In this document: positions 29,521 to 42,916 of the stretch, piece after piece | Position numbering within the stretch: the stretch's first letter is position 1 | Layout of the letters: each line of letters opens with the position of its first letter | NCBI GenBank assembly: GCA_951406725.2 | Contig: OX597814.1 | Location: 146,506,001-146,570,000 of the forward strand | Length of the DNA stretch: 64,000 nucleotides | Source of the DNA: Octopus vulgaris | Lineage: Eukaryota | Reading direction: 5' to 3' | The notes under the pieces: generated by a model | Databases searched by the model: none | Told to the model about the DNA's origin: nothing | The model's input: only the letters and a program-made list of their open reading frames with translations | Made by a program: the position numbers and the translations under genes

Positions 29521-31995
29521 GAATGAGATAGAAGAAAAAGAAACTTCTATTTTGTCCCCCTGCATATATTCTGTTTACAACATTTCACAAGTAATATTTT
29601 GCTACATTCGGTGATATTTTAGAGAACGATATGTAGAGTGCTATAAAAACATCGACAAAAAGAAGTAACTACTTGCGACACAAATTTCATAATGACATGG
29701 TTCATTCCAGGTTCCTGAATACTAAGCTGGTTATGCTTGTGCCAAAAATACTAAGCAAACGTCCAGACAGCTCTCTTGATAGTCATTTGCGGCTATAACC
29801 TAAATAAAACTATTATGTTGTAATGTATTAATTAGTTGGCTTTTGAAGCTCAAATATTTTGATGATCAATTAGATTATCGTTGTTAAAATTTGCTTGTTA
29901 TTACAGTAGAAGATTTCTTATTGTTTTCTCTTTTTTGTTTCATCTTTCATTACAGCAAAATATGATTTCAGAGGGACGAGACAGTAATTAGTAAAATATA
30001 CGTAATTAAATACTAATTACGTCTGAACCAGAAATGCTGATAGTTTAAAATTATGTGCTGTCTAAAAAGTATAATAAAGCAGAGAGGTAGGTGGTGGTCT
30101 ATGAAATGTAATTAAGTACACCTAAATCATATAATATACCTTGTTTCTCCTAGTTTAGCAAGAGATTATCGTCGGACATATGGGCAAAGTAGCCTCACCG
30201 TGATATTCCTGTTTTGATATTTTTAGAGGCTGCAACGTGTGTTCCTATTTACTGTGACAGATATTAATGAAATTTCTAATAAGCCAGTTGGCGGCGTGGG
30301 AAAGCTTCCTCTAGATTTCTCTGCAATATTTAAATGGTTTGTCAACGGTTATAGAAGAATGTAAAATATGTTCAATGGTATGGTGAAGCAATACAGGGAT
30401 TTCACATCTCTTACTATCTTCCAGAAATGTAGTGGGTTTTCTCATTCTCAAACATTCAAGTAGCTAGTGTAAATTACTCATAAAATTTTACCGTTATATT
30501 TTATACGTACCAAACTTGTTTGCAAATGAAGCAACATCTATTCATTTCTTATCTCAGTTATCGCTCCTGGCTATAAATTTGCATAATTTATACAGCAGCT
30601 CAACACAAATGAACATTAGACTTTTGTTTTCGTAACGGCATTAGCTGTTAATTTCCAAGGATCCTTTATTACAACGTACGTCTGTTGTATTTCCACTTAT
30701 GTAGGTAATAATATAATTTGAGGACATACAATTAAACGCAGCATTTCAGGAAATAAATCTGCCAACCTTTTAATGCATCAGCTATTAAAATCTGACGTTT
30801 TCCGTCAACAATTAAAACATGTATTTCGCCAGTATGCGCAATTAAAATGCTCATCATATATTAATTGGACCTAACATCTAAGAAAAGACGCTCACCCAAA
30901 TGTAATGTAAATGTCGGTGTTATATGTCAAATAAAATTAATTTGTCCTTAATCTCAAAATGCTCTTTATTTTCATTTCTCTCAATAAATATATTATTCAA
31001 CGATAGAAAAAGATACATTCAATTCTTTTTTGTGTTTCTTTCTCTTTAAGAATTTTGTATTTGAACAGGATTGACTCTATTTCTTAGTGTATTTTCGACT
31101 TTTATTTTACTCCATAATTGGATTTTTATTACAAATTTCCGATACTTTGTAGCCGGAAAAAGAGCCGAGGAACCCTTCTGGGTTACAGGAGAATGGTTAA
31201 TCTGTAACAGACAGCTGGTATTTAATTGATTCAATTCAAATATATTCAATACAATGTGTTAGTGGCATAGTATTTTGCACTTTCATCAAATGTATATATT
31301 ATCAAATACATGCAATGCAGCATGATACGATGACTCTTTAGTATGAATATTAAGACAATTCCGCCGACATCAACTTTGCCTTTCATTCCTTTGCAGTCGA
31401 TAAATTAAATACCAGTTGCGTACTGCGGTCGATCAAATCGACTGTTCCTTTTAACCCTTCAGTTAAACTTCATATATCTTCTACGTAAATACGCGTCAAT
31501 ATTTCACGAAATTCCCTCCCAAACATTTCGGGCCTTGTACCTTGAGTAGAAAAGAATATCAATATTAAAATAACATCAGATCATAATATGAATGAAAGTT
31601 GAGGAGTTACAGTAGGAAACTGCCGAAAGCAGTACCTGTGGTGTCTACCACAGTTTAAGCTCTCTGTCTCTATCGAAGCAGTAAATAATGATATAAGTTA
31701 TTACTACGTATACTATGCCTAGTTGAAAGATCCATCAGAGATATGATGAAAAAGCCCCATTAACGTGTCTATTAGTTTACTACATTTAGTTAAATGTGGG
31801 GCGAAATTGCAAGGTAGCACTGAGTTATTAATGGAAATTGACAGACATTTGATTTAATATTGTTTGAATGTAAACAGTGAATATTTCGTTAGTGTGCTTC
31901 TGAACATAAATTAAATACTAATCAGAAGTAGAACCGTATGCATTCAATGTGGAAGGGACCTCTTCATGTGAATAAGAGAACAACCAAACAAACTA

Positions 31996-32023
<28 letters not shown>

Positions 32024-32034
<11 letters not shown>

Positions 32035-32725
32035 GAGGGCACTATTACACATAGATGCCGCACGCTAGGGGGGACTTTTAAAGTCAAATCTACGTGCTTA
32101 CTCGGAACAAATATTCAATATTGAACTGTTCCGGTGAAAAATATAAATTTAAAAATAGGATAACATCTTCATTAGTAGAATCAAGTAGTTAGCGTGAAAA
32201 AACCTCTTAAGAGAAAAAATCTGTAAATTTTTTCAAATTGAAAATATTTCTTTATATTATATAGAGGGCACTATTACACATAGATTTGTTCTCACCGAAA
32301 TGCAATTCGAAAAGCCCGCCATTTACATAGATATGTAGGGAGGAACATTACTATATGCTGCGATGGACACTGCGGCTGCTCGTCTGGTATGTTGTGTTTG
32401 TTCATTCATATATATCTTGAGTTCGTTGCACTGAAGAACATAAAATGCATATACTGCATTGATTGCGAAATCACAGGTGATATGTAGCTAAATTCTGTTC
32501 TTAAATGACTCGCTTCGAAGATTGCATTCGGTACAATTTGTTTATTTTGGTAGTTTTGACTTTAAAAGTCCCTCCTAGCGTGCGGCATCTATGTGTAATA
32601 GTGCCCTCTATATAATATAAATAGATATTTTCAAGTTGAAAAAATTTACAGATTTTTTCTCTTACGAGGTTTTTTCACGCTAACTACTTGATAATTTCTT
32701 ATGAAGATTTTATCCTATTTAAAAG
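32024..32725. repeat. Fold-back/pLTR-like element with direct and inverted repeats
   Basis: TATATTATATAGAGGGCACTATTACACATAGA occurs directly at ~32024 and ~32253 and inverted at ~32587-32618. ~32150-32311 pairs with ~32514-32725, and ~32024-32092 pairs with ~32550-32620. Flanked by (TA)n. Confidence 0.85.
32425..32488 (+). ncRNA. Type-I hammerhead ribozyme candidate
   Basis: Reads GTTGCA-CTGAAGA-ACATAAAATGCA-tatac-TGCATTGATTGC-GAA-ATCAC-ag-GTGAT-A-TGTAGC. Stem I has 6 bp (2 G-U). The core CUGAAGA/GAAA is intact. Stem II has an inner AATGCA/TGCATT helix with an A-C closing mismatch. Stem III is ATCAC/GTGAT and the cleavage triplet is AUA. Confidence 0.6.
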
Positions 32726-32734
32726 AAATATATA

Positions 32735-33060
32735 TATAGGGGAGAATTCACAAAAAAAGCAAAAGACGAAGATACGTGGTGTAGAAAAAAATCAGATGTA
32801 TTAGTATAATGCTCGGGAAGTGAAATGTCTTTAACGTTTCGAGCCTACGTTCTTCCACAGAAAGGAACACAGAAAGAAACACGGAGAGAAAATAAAGAAT
32901 GTGTAGTGGTTAGCGACCTATCATGGCGAAGGCTGGACAGAAGGGTCACACAGGAGAGCTAAGGAGAAGGGTAAATAAGAAAGTGTTGGTGATCCCAAAA
33001 CGAAGGCGCGTGCGTGTGCATGTGTATAAGAGAGTTTGTATGTGCGCTACGCTCTCTTCC
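32735..33060 (-). mobile_element. Penelope pLTR-like fragment with a variant minimal hammerhead (~32829-32864)
   Basis: Minus strand reads CTTT-CTGTGGA-AGAACgtagGCTC-GAAA-CG-TT-AAAG. A related fragment at 15845-15975 (+) reads CTGACGAAGAGCtccGCTCGAA-CGGTTAAA. Confidence 0.5.
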
Positions 33061-33117
33061 ATTCTGCATGAGTCATAAGTAACTATGTATATATATATAT
33101 CCAACTATATATCCAAC

Positions 33118-33200
<83 letters not shown>

Positions 33201-34039
33201 CTGTATATATATATGCTAATAAAATTGTGTATGTGTATGTGCATAGATATGTTACGCAAAAACATTCAATGCATTACTTTCACGAGGAGAAAGCATGCAG
33301 AAAATCTTGGTTGTATCAATAAAATAATATTTGCACTAAGCATTTGCGATTCGAATGAATTTTCTCAGTTTTAACAATTGTCTATGCATCGTTTCTTCTA
33401 TTTAATTAATATTTTTGTAAACATTATCTAAATATTCATTAAAATAAAACAATGTTGCACAGCAGAGGAGAGAAAAATATAATTAATTCAATCTGGCAAG
33501 ATATTCAACCTTGCGGAAACTTTGAGAGAAGAATCATATTAATGGAAAAGCTATAAATTATGGATCAGGCTAGATTATTAAGATGCTATTTGTTTGTGAA
33601 CACAAATTTCAATAAATTACACAAAACAAAAATTCGTCACATAGTTCTGGCACCAAATGTGTGTTTCGATAATTTTGAACATAATTTCTTCATGTCCAGT
33701 ACGTGTAGAATTAAAGAAAAAACAAAAACGAATTAGAACTGCTCTGTTGGTACAAAGTCGAGCAAGAAATTTCGCGATATTACATTTGGGCATTCATTTT
33801 TTTTAATGGTCAGATTCAGGCGCAGTCAAATTTGACAACAATCCTTTCTAAGGGCCAAAAATTAAGTGTCGGTTAAATACCAGTGCCAATGATGTCGATT
33901 ATACGCCTCTTCTAAAATGACAAGATAGCGTTTATGTTTGAAACTCACTTATTTCTTTCAGGAATTCTTAAGCTAGTGTCTAAGCAGAACAAAGAAGTAT
34001 AGGCACAAGAAAATAGTGCTGTTAGATCATGTGAACTCA

Positions 34040-34800
34040 ATAAAACCATCTATATAGTTACACTGGAAAAAGAAAAAGACAATCGGCTATCATTCTTGGA
34101 CCTATTAAAAACACGCACCAAGTATGGATTCAGGACATCCGTATACCGCAAGCCGACCATCACTGAACGATACCACAACTTCAACGCCCACCATCCACAC
34201 AGTGTAAAGAGAGGGCTTGCTCAGCGCGTCTAATACATCGAACAATGTATATAGGTAGCGATCGTGATACCCATCACGAAGAAATGATCAAGCTCAGTAA
34301 CAATCTATGAAGCAACAACTACCCCAAAACAATACTCTCCACTCCAGTTATGAAGAAAAGAGAGGATGAAACCAATACACTGTCCACCGTCTATCTACCC
34401 TATGTGAAAGACTTCTCCGACAGAATACATATGACATCAGGACAGTATTCAAAAGTCATACAACATTTCGCAAATATCCATTTCGAGTAAAATCACCAAT
34501 AGAAGAGAATATGACCAAAAACTGCATGTACTCAATCCCATGCAGCTGTGGTAGATTATACAAATGCGAATCATGTCGCCTCCACAAAATTAGGGTAGAG
34601 GAACATCGCAAACCTGTGACACGGGGAGATATTGATATAGCTGATCATGTATGGAAAAATGGAGACCAATTCCCCCTGTAAGATGAAGTTAAAATAACAG
34701 AGAACACCACTGGAATAAAACGAAGCTAAAAGAAGCAGCACATATGCTAGGACATGGGAACCGGTATTAAAGAAGGATAGGAAAATATTAGATATATAAG
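34040..34800 (+). mobile_element. Penelope-like element fragment (RT C-terminus + GIY-YIG), decayed
   Basis: Translates to TLEKEKDNRLSFLDLL..FRTSVYRKPTITERYHNFNAHHPHSVKRG, NNYP, VYLPYVKD, and NCMYSIPCSCGRLYK..RVEEH. Confidence 0.85.
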
Positions 34801-34827
34801 CCCTAAAATTGACTCCATAATTGCCCA

Positions 34828-34905
34828 CGGGCATATCGCGTAGTGGTTAAGAGCGCGGTCTACTAACCCCAAGATCCTGAGTGCAATTCCTGGTAGTGAC
34901 CTGAA
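34828..34905 (+). mobile_element. tRNA-like SINE head followed by (TAA)n
   Basis: GGGCATATCGCGTAGTGGTTAAGAGCG..GAGTGCAATTCC has A/B-box-like motifs but no paired acceptor stem. A (TAA)n tract follows at 34905-35030. Confidence 0.6.
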
Positions 34906-34979
34906 TAATATTAATAATAGTAATAATAATGATAATAATAATAATGCTGATAATAATAATAATAATGATAATAATAATG

Positions 34980-35031
<52 letters not shown>

Positions 35032-35809
35032 GACAGAAGGCGGCTGGACGTGACAGAGGATGGACGTATTTTTACGATGCTCTGAACTGGCAACAGCGAA
35101 CCCAGCAGGTCAACTGTAGAAAACTGGAAGATCTACTGTTTACTGTAAGTAATTTGAATTACCCTCAAAATAAGTAAAAAAAAACTTCCATATCTACAGC
35201 TCATACAAACGTACACCTAACAAGAAAAATTAGAAACATAAATATCTCCAATTCTGTGTGAACATTTACATTTAGTCGTCTCTCATGACTATAAGAATGT
35301 GTCAAATTGCCTTTTAAATTACCTTTTATTGTAACAACACAATTAAATGCACGATAAAAAGTTATGGAATAAAGCACCTACTACTATATACATACAACTG
35401 AATTCAGAAATTTAAAAATATATACATAACATTGAACTCAGAAAGTTATTTAAAAAAAGAAAAAAAAAATCTTCGACGAAAACATCAGATAATATGTGTG
35501 AGTGAATATACATATATATACATATACATATGCATGTGGTGAAGAAGAAAGAGAAAGGAAAAAAATAAATAAATAAACGTAAACAGGTTTGACCTTTTAC
35601 TGACCATTAACGTCCTTTGTCTCCATCTACCGTGGCTATTTATAGACCCAAAGAACATGAATTCTTTAACCACCCATTCTCCAACACAATGGAGTGTTGA
35701 TGGTGGCTGTGGCTACACATAAAACAATGTCATTGAAGATGATGATGGTGATGGTGATGTTGCTGATGATGGTGATGGTGGTGAAGATGGTAGTAATAAC
35801 AATAATAAC

Positions 35810-38800
35810 TGACAGATCCCGTCTTTTTCCCTTTCTTTTCGTTTCCTTCTCCGTATTTTATTCTCATTATTTCGAACTAATACAGACACAGTAAGCTTTG
35901 AAGAAAGGAAGAGGAGGAAAAAAAAAAAAAAAAAAAAAAAATGTCCGGAGATAAAACTATCAACAAAAAAAATACAGACGAATATAGATCTGCTAGTCTT
36001 AAGAAGCGGCGCTATGAGCAATGCTTACACGTAGTGAACCCTAAACTGACAGATCCATCTCCTAATATAAGAATGGATGCTCGTCATGCTTCAAGGTCAA
36101 CAAATCAAACAATAAACCGCATTGGTCATTGCGCGGATTACAAAAGACCACGTACCCGAAAATTGAACCAAATCCTGATTGAAAAATCAGTTACTGGATC
36201 AAATCTTCCCAACACACAGGAGCTGGACGAACCCCACAACCGGAATATTCCAACAGATGGCCATCCATGCTCATCACCAAATAATCAAAAGAAAAAGAAG
36301 GAAAAATGGTCTAGGGAAGATAATAAAGAAGTTCTTGAGGCCTTCTACCATGCCATATATTTCCCCACAGATAAGTCTAGCACTGTACAAGCATACTTAA
36401 ACTGGAGACAGAAACACCCTGAAGTAAGACCCTACATAGACAGTAACAAGCTTGCCAATGTTAGAAGAAACATTATAAAAAAGAAATTACTGACTGAAGT
36501 AGAGATTGATCAGGTTAGACAAGCAATATCGGATAAAATGAACGAAGCTGCAGCTAGAGAAGATAATACAGAGGAAATGATTATAGACCAGCCCAGGGCG
36601 GATAAAAACGAAGAGAGGATTGAAAGAGTTAGTATAAGTGATAGGCAAAGTGAAATACGCCCTGAACCAATCATAAACACTAAGACAGATGAGCATCAAA
36701 TAGATAAAGAAAGTCACACAAATATTGACCCAACAGAACTACATGAGCTAAAAAATCAAATCATGATTGAATGGCTGAAAATTAAAGAAACCAGCATGGA
36801 TGAGCGTGATACACTTCCTAAAATCCGCAACTCTAACCAAAACATGAAAATAATTGGTAAAATCCGGCTTGCACTTAAGGATATAATTTCAGTTAATGAT
36901 GTTGATATCACAAACCTCAACCACCTATACTATGCATCCGCGAAAATCTCAACGATCCTATGTGGTGTAAAGATTAGAAAACGGCAACAGTCCCACAAAA
37001 AGCCTTCTTGGCAAGAGCGTCTGCAACAACAAATTAAAATATTTAGATCTGACATTGAATATTTGAAAAACCTTAAGGCTCACAAGATTACCAAACCTAC
37101 AAAAACCCCAAAATTACTGAAAAAATACAATATGAAAACTATACTTGATATTGATGCCACCATAGAAACCATCAAACAAAAGGTATCTGCCAAAGCTGCC
37201 CGCATAGCGAGGTATGAAAAGCGTGTTAGATTTTTCAAGGACAACAACATGTTCAAAAATAACACCAAGAATTTTTACAGGAAGATGGGAAAAACAGCGT
37301 TTACTGCAGGGTCTGTACCATCAAAAGAAGAAGTGCAGAGATTTTGGAATAAAATCTGGGCAGAAGAAAAAACACACAACGAAAAGGCCCCCTGGATTGA
37401 CAGAATATCTACAGAACTGGACCCCTTAGAAGAGCAAAAGTGGGAGGGTGTCAAGGTAGAAGATATAAGATCTGCTCTCAGGAGGTCAAGCAAATGGAAG
37501 TCTCCAGGAAAGGATAAAATTCCTAACTTCTGGCTGAATGCCTTCCCAGAGAGCCATGAACTGCTAACAGAACTGTACAATGATGTTTTGCAACACCCTA
37601 GTAGGATGCCTCCTTGGCTAGTTAATGGGTTAACATTCCTGCTTCCAAAAAGTGAAGAAACAAATGAACCAAAAAACTATAGACCCATAACTTGCTTAAC
37701 AACTATGTACAAAACACTAACATCTGTCCTGACGGAATATACCTATAGTTTTTTAACAGACAGCAGCATATTCCCTAATGAACAGAAAGGATGTAAACGT
37801 GGATCCTACGGCTGTAAAGACCAACTACTCATCAATAAGATGATCTTAGAAGATTGTCACAAACGACACAAAAACTTATCAATAGCCTGGATAGACTATA
37901 AAAAGGCTTTTGATAGCCTACCACATAGCTGGATTAGGAAATGCCTTGAAATGTATAAGATAGCACCAACTCTGCGAAACTTCTTGACTGTAAGTATGAG
38001 ATCATGGAGAACCACACTAACTCTGAACAGTGACAGTGAATCCCTAAATGCTGGTGATGTAAAAATTTCGTGTGGCATTTTCCAGGGTGACTCACTGTCA
38101 CCACTCCTCTTTTGTTTATCCTTAATACCTCTCTCAAAGCTGCTCAATGACGCGCAGTACGGGTATAAAATGTTTGATAAAAATATAAATCATCTCGTTT
38201 ACATGGATGATTTAAAGCTTTTGCAAAAAATGATCAACAACTCAAGGGCTTACTAGCGATAGTCAAACAATTCAGTGACGACATCAGAATGCAATTCGGC
38301 CTCGATAAATGTGCAAAGGCTACCTTTATCAAAGGAAAAATGACAGAAACATCTAACGTTAACCTTGACCAACAGAATGTCATAAAAGAACTAGACCCAG
38401 CGGAGAGCTACAAGTACCTAGGGATAATTGAAGGGAACGGAATAAGGCATTCAGAGATGAAGGAAAGGATCAGGAGAGAATGCTATCGAAGAGTGAGAGC
38501 AATACTCAAGACAGAGCTGAATGCAAGAAACAGGATCGAAGCAATCAATGCATTAGCTATACCAGTCGTGACTTACAGTTTCAATATTGTTAACTGGTCA
38601 ATTACTGAAATATGTCAGCTCGACAGAAAAATAAGGAAACTGTTGACAATGCATAGAATGCACCACCCTAAGGCAGATACAGAACGACTCTATCTGCCAA
38701 GAAAGAGGGAGGCCGTGGTCTTTTGCAACTGGCAATAACAATGAAGATTGCTACAATTGGCCTAGACACCTACCTGAAAAACTCTGAGGACTGGATGCTA

Positions 38801-39980
38801 AAACTTGTCTCAAAACATGAAAACAAGAAAGCATCATACTCAGTCACAAAACAGGCAAAGGAATATCTAAGTGAATTCCGAATACAACCAATTTCGGAAT
38901 TAGAGATAGATATACAAGAAACAAGCACAGAAAAAGCTAGGCGCATGAAAACCCGTGCCAAAACTGCGGCCTTAGATATTCTGAATAATAAATGGCAAGA
39001 AAAACCTCTCTATGGCAAATACCCAAAGAGAGCGAATAATGCAGATATCGACAAAGCCCTGACCCATCAATGGCTAATGGCCTCTGGCTTAAAATCTGAA
39101 ACAGAGGGGTTTATCATAGCAGCTCAAGATCAATGCCTACCAACAAGAAACTACCAGGCCAACATATTAAAGATCAGAAGCAGTCCAACGTGTCGTGTAT
39201 GCAAGCAACAAAATGAAACCATTGACCATGTGGTCTCCAAGTGCAGTCTTCTAGCGCCTACAGAGTATCTCAACAGGCACGATAGAGCTGCACAATATAT
39301 TCACTGGGTAATCTGTAAAAACCTGGATTTGCCCCATGAAAAAAACTGGTGGGAACACAAACCACCCCCAGTGCTTGAAAATGACCACATCTCACTCCTC
39401 TGGAACTTCACCATTCAAACTGACAGGAAGATAGATGCAAATAGGCCAGACATCATATTGAAAAACTTCAAACAAAGAACATGCCTCCTCATTGATATGA
39501 CTGTCCCAATCGATATAAACGTATCTGTCAAGACCTACCAAAAACTGAGCAAATATAAAGATCTTGAAATAGAAATCAGCAAAATGTGGAAGCTGAAGAC
39601 TAAAACAATACCTGTTGTCATAGGTGCCCTGGGAATGATAGCAAAAGGGGCTGATAGCTACCTAACTCAGATACCAGGAAACCCAAAAATGGCAGAAGTT
39701 CAAAAGATAGTGCTCATGGGAACTGCTCATATCCTACGCAAAATACTCTCTGTGTAATCTCAAGGTTTAAAACAAACATAATTTTCGGTTTAAAAAAAAA
39801 AAAAAAAAAAAACCTTTTTTTTTTCTTTTTAGACATTCATTAGTACAACATCCCCACCCCCCAAATATATGGCACACTAGGCATAACAACAACATGAACT
39901 TCCAACCCTGTTGTCTCCTGAGGTCTCTGGGTGAGACTTGGAGCCAACTTGTACAAATATAAAGCAAAAGTCAAACATAG
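35810..39980 (+). mobile_element. Near-full-length R4/Dong-clade non-LTR retrotransposon (RT + CCHC + RLE) in a (TAA)n tract
   Basis: Preceded by TAATAACAATAATAAC (~35795-35809) and followed directly by (TAA)n at 39981-40027. One long coding region with the domain order N-terminal Myb-like, RT, CCHC, PD-(D/E)xK nuclease, then a ~220-nt 3' UTR. The 5' boundary is approximate. Confidence 0.93.
35941..39757 (+). CDS. Dong/R4 polyprotein, ~1272 aa if two -1 homopolymer frameshifts (~38219, ~38702) are corrected
   Basis: ORFs 35941-38256, 38289-38738 and 38723-39757 join in order. Motifs: KWSREDN..KLANVRR (N-terminal), WKSPGKDKI, NYRPITCL, EQKGC, WIDYKKAFDS, GIFQGDSLSP, YMDDLKL, YKYLG, EGGRGL, CRVCxxxxETIDHVVSKC, RHD, RPDI..LIDMTVP..KxxKYKDL, IPVVIGALG. 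Confidence 0.92.
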
Positions 39981-40027
39981 AATAATAATAATAATAATAA
40001 TAATGATAATAATAATAATAATAATAA

Positions 40028-40404
40028 TGGATGGAAGCACTCCGTCGGTTACGACGGTGAGGGTTCCGGTTGATCCGAATCAACAGAACAGCCTGCTCGA
40101 GAAATTAACGTGTAAGTGACTGAGCACTCCACAGACACGTGTACCCTTAACGTAGTTCTCGGGAGATATTCAGCGTGACACAGAGAGTGACAAGGCCGGC
40201 CAGGTACAACAAAAACAGGAAGTAAGAGTGAGAGAAAGTTGTGGTTAAAGAGTACAGCAGGGATCACCACCATCCCCTGCCAGAGCCTCGTGGAGCCTTA
40301 GGTGTTTTCGCTCAATAAACACTCACAACGCCCGGTCTGGGAATCGAAACCGCGATCCTATGACCGCGAGTCCGCTGCCCTAACCACTGGGCCATTGCGC
40401 CTCT
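40028..40404 (-). mobile_element. tRNA-derived SINE family C, intact, inserted in the Dong (TAA)n tail; related copy at ~5845-6150(-)
   Basis: Minus-strand head AGGCGCAATGGCCCAGTGGTTAGGG..GGTTTCGATTCCC (A/B boxes). The body ACCCTTAACGTAGTTCTCGGGAGATATTCAGCGTGAC is shared with ~5935-5970. Confidence 0.88.
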
Positions 40405-40810
40405 ACAATAATAATAATAATGATAATAAGAATAATAACAACAACATCGAAAAATACATTAGGAATGAGAACCCAGGTGGCTATATCGGCTGAAACGTTG
40501 TGCTAAAAACAAACAATTTGAGGACAAGTATCCGTCAAATGATAATAAAGTATCAAATAGCATACTTTTATGGTTACTACAAACTAAATGTGTTTCCACT
40601 ACAACCTGTGCAGTGGAAACACGCTTAAGTCGACGTAACCATAGAGAATATGCTGTATGACTTGTAAATCAAAAGGAAATAAAGGAAAAAAAATGAGGAT
40701 TTAACAATTACTACGTTCTGTATGGTTATAGTTATTTCTATATATATAGTTGAACACATGCGGGCAAGCACGCAAGCATATATATCCACACATATATGTA
40801 TGTATGTATT

Positions 40811-40842
<32 letters not shown>

Positions 40843-41058
40843 CGTGTGTGCGTGTATGTGTGTATACATACATACATATAGTAAGTACTTGGTTTCACTA
40901 GGTTTCACAACCACATGGTTTCGTGTTTAATCCCACTGTCTTCATCTATACTTCAGGACCGACTTAAACTATTTGAGGATTTGATACACGGAAACTGAAA
41001 GAAACCTGTCATGTTCATGTATGTATATGTATACATACATACATATACATACATGCAT

Positions 41059-41582
<524 letters not shown>

Positions 41583-41729
41583 CATATATATATATTATAG
41601 AAGATATATGGTGCAGACAATACATTGTTTAGATTACTTAATAATGAAAATAGCACTGGCATCTCATTTTAACAGATATAGTTTCCAAAATTACATTAAA
41701 ATATTTTGAAATATTATAGAGGAAATTTA

Positions 41730-42434
41730 TTCAATAAAATCGCCATTGACTTCGGCCTCCAGGTGACTTCGGACTTTTCTGCAACTCTTCTGGACATTCC
41801 TGTCTTCTATTCATTTCTGGTGTTAGAAGGTATTTGTTTGGTCTGTCGCTGAATTGCACCCCGCACATCTTAATCAAGGAGTCTACAGTGCGGGGAGTTA
41901 GACAACCAGATATTAGGGGAGATACGGTCGCAGAAATTGTCTGACAGTCATGACTAGGTTCTCCTGCTTGTGTGGCATGGTGCAGATTCCTGTTGCCTGA
42001 CATAGGGTCTTCCAGCAGCCACCCTCTTGTCACAGGGCAGCACTACCTCCTCCAGGTACTTGATGTTGTCCACCGTGTTGAGACTGAGGCCGTGGGGGAA
42101 GAAAAATGGAGGCACAACGTTACAATCACTAGCGATTACCCCAAACACTGTGATGATGCCTGGATGTCTGATATTTATCATTCTCGGTATATCTCCTCAG
42201 ATTGCATTGTCCTCAGATTTACACCCAAACACTCGGAAATGTTCGTATTGGAGCTTCTGGCGTGAATGTCAAGCAGTAGAGCATGTCATTTCAAAATTTC
42301 CGGCAGAGTGAATTGGGTCATGGTGCTTCTTTTTACCCAGACGGTATCCAACTAACACTTACTATATTTGTAGTCGACAAAGTCAAACACAAACAATGAA
42401 TGAAAAATTAACTGGTGACAATTTACACTTTGAA

Positions 42435-42440
<6 letters not shown>
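41730..42440 (-). mobile_element. mariner/maT-like transposase remnant
   Basis: HPGIITVFGVIASD..PPFFFPHGLSLN..YLEEVVLP..RPYVRQQESAPCHTS followed by a degenerate SP.C..LD motif. Ends at a (TA)n tract. Confidence 0.8.
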
Positions 42441-42499
<59 letters not shown>

Positions 42500-42677
42500 T
42501 GTTTCTATGCATGTGTTTGCAATTGAATACAACAGCCCCAATAATGTGAATAAACTTTCGTTATTAACCATTCTTCCCTAATAAACTTCTGGCATAATGG
42601 GAGATGTGCCAATGTTGAAAATCAAAATCACAATAACAACTATATCACTGCCAGTTTTACAATATCATTCTTGCTAG

Positions 42678-42695
42678 CATTATTATTATTATTAC

Positions 42696-42750
<55 letters not shown>

Positions 42751-42764
42751 TTTATTTTTTTTTC

Positions 42765-42807
<43 letters not shown>

Positions 42808-42826
42808 GTTGTTGTTGTTGTTGTTG

Positions 42827-42866
<40 letters not shown>

Positions 42867-42884
42867 CATCATTATTATTATTAT

Positions 42885-42915
<31 letters not shown>
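42678..42915. repeat. Compound (TTA)/(TTG)/(TAG)n microsatellite
   Basis: Seen directly; it is the source of the poly-I/poly-L pseudo-ORFs. Confidence 0.95.

Positions 42916-42916
<1 letters not shown>

Noticed and set aside
40330-40404. tRNA gene
   Set aside because: The tRNA-like segment continues into a SINE body found elsewhere in the window and has no proper acceptor stem.
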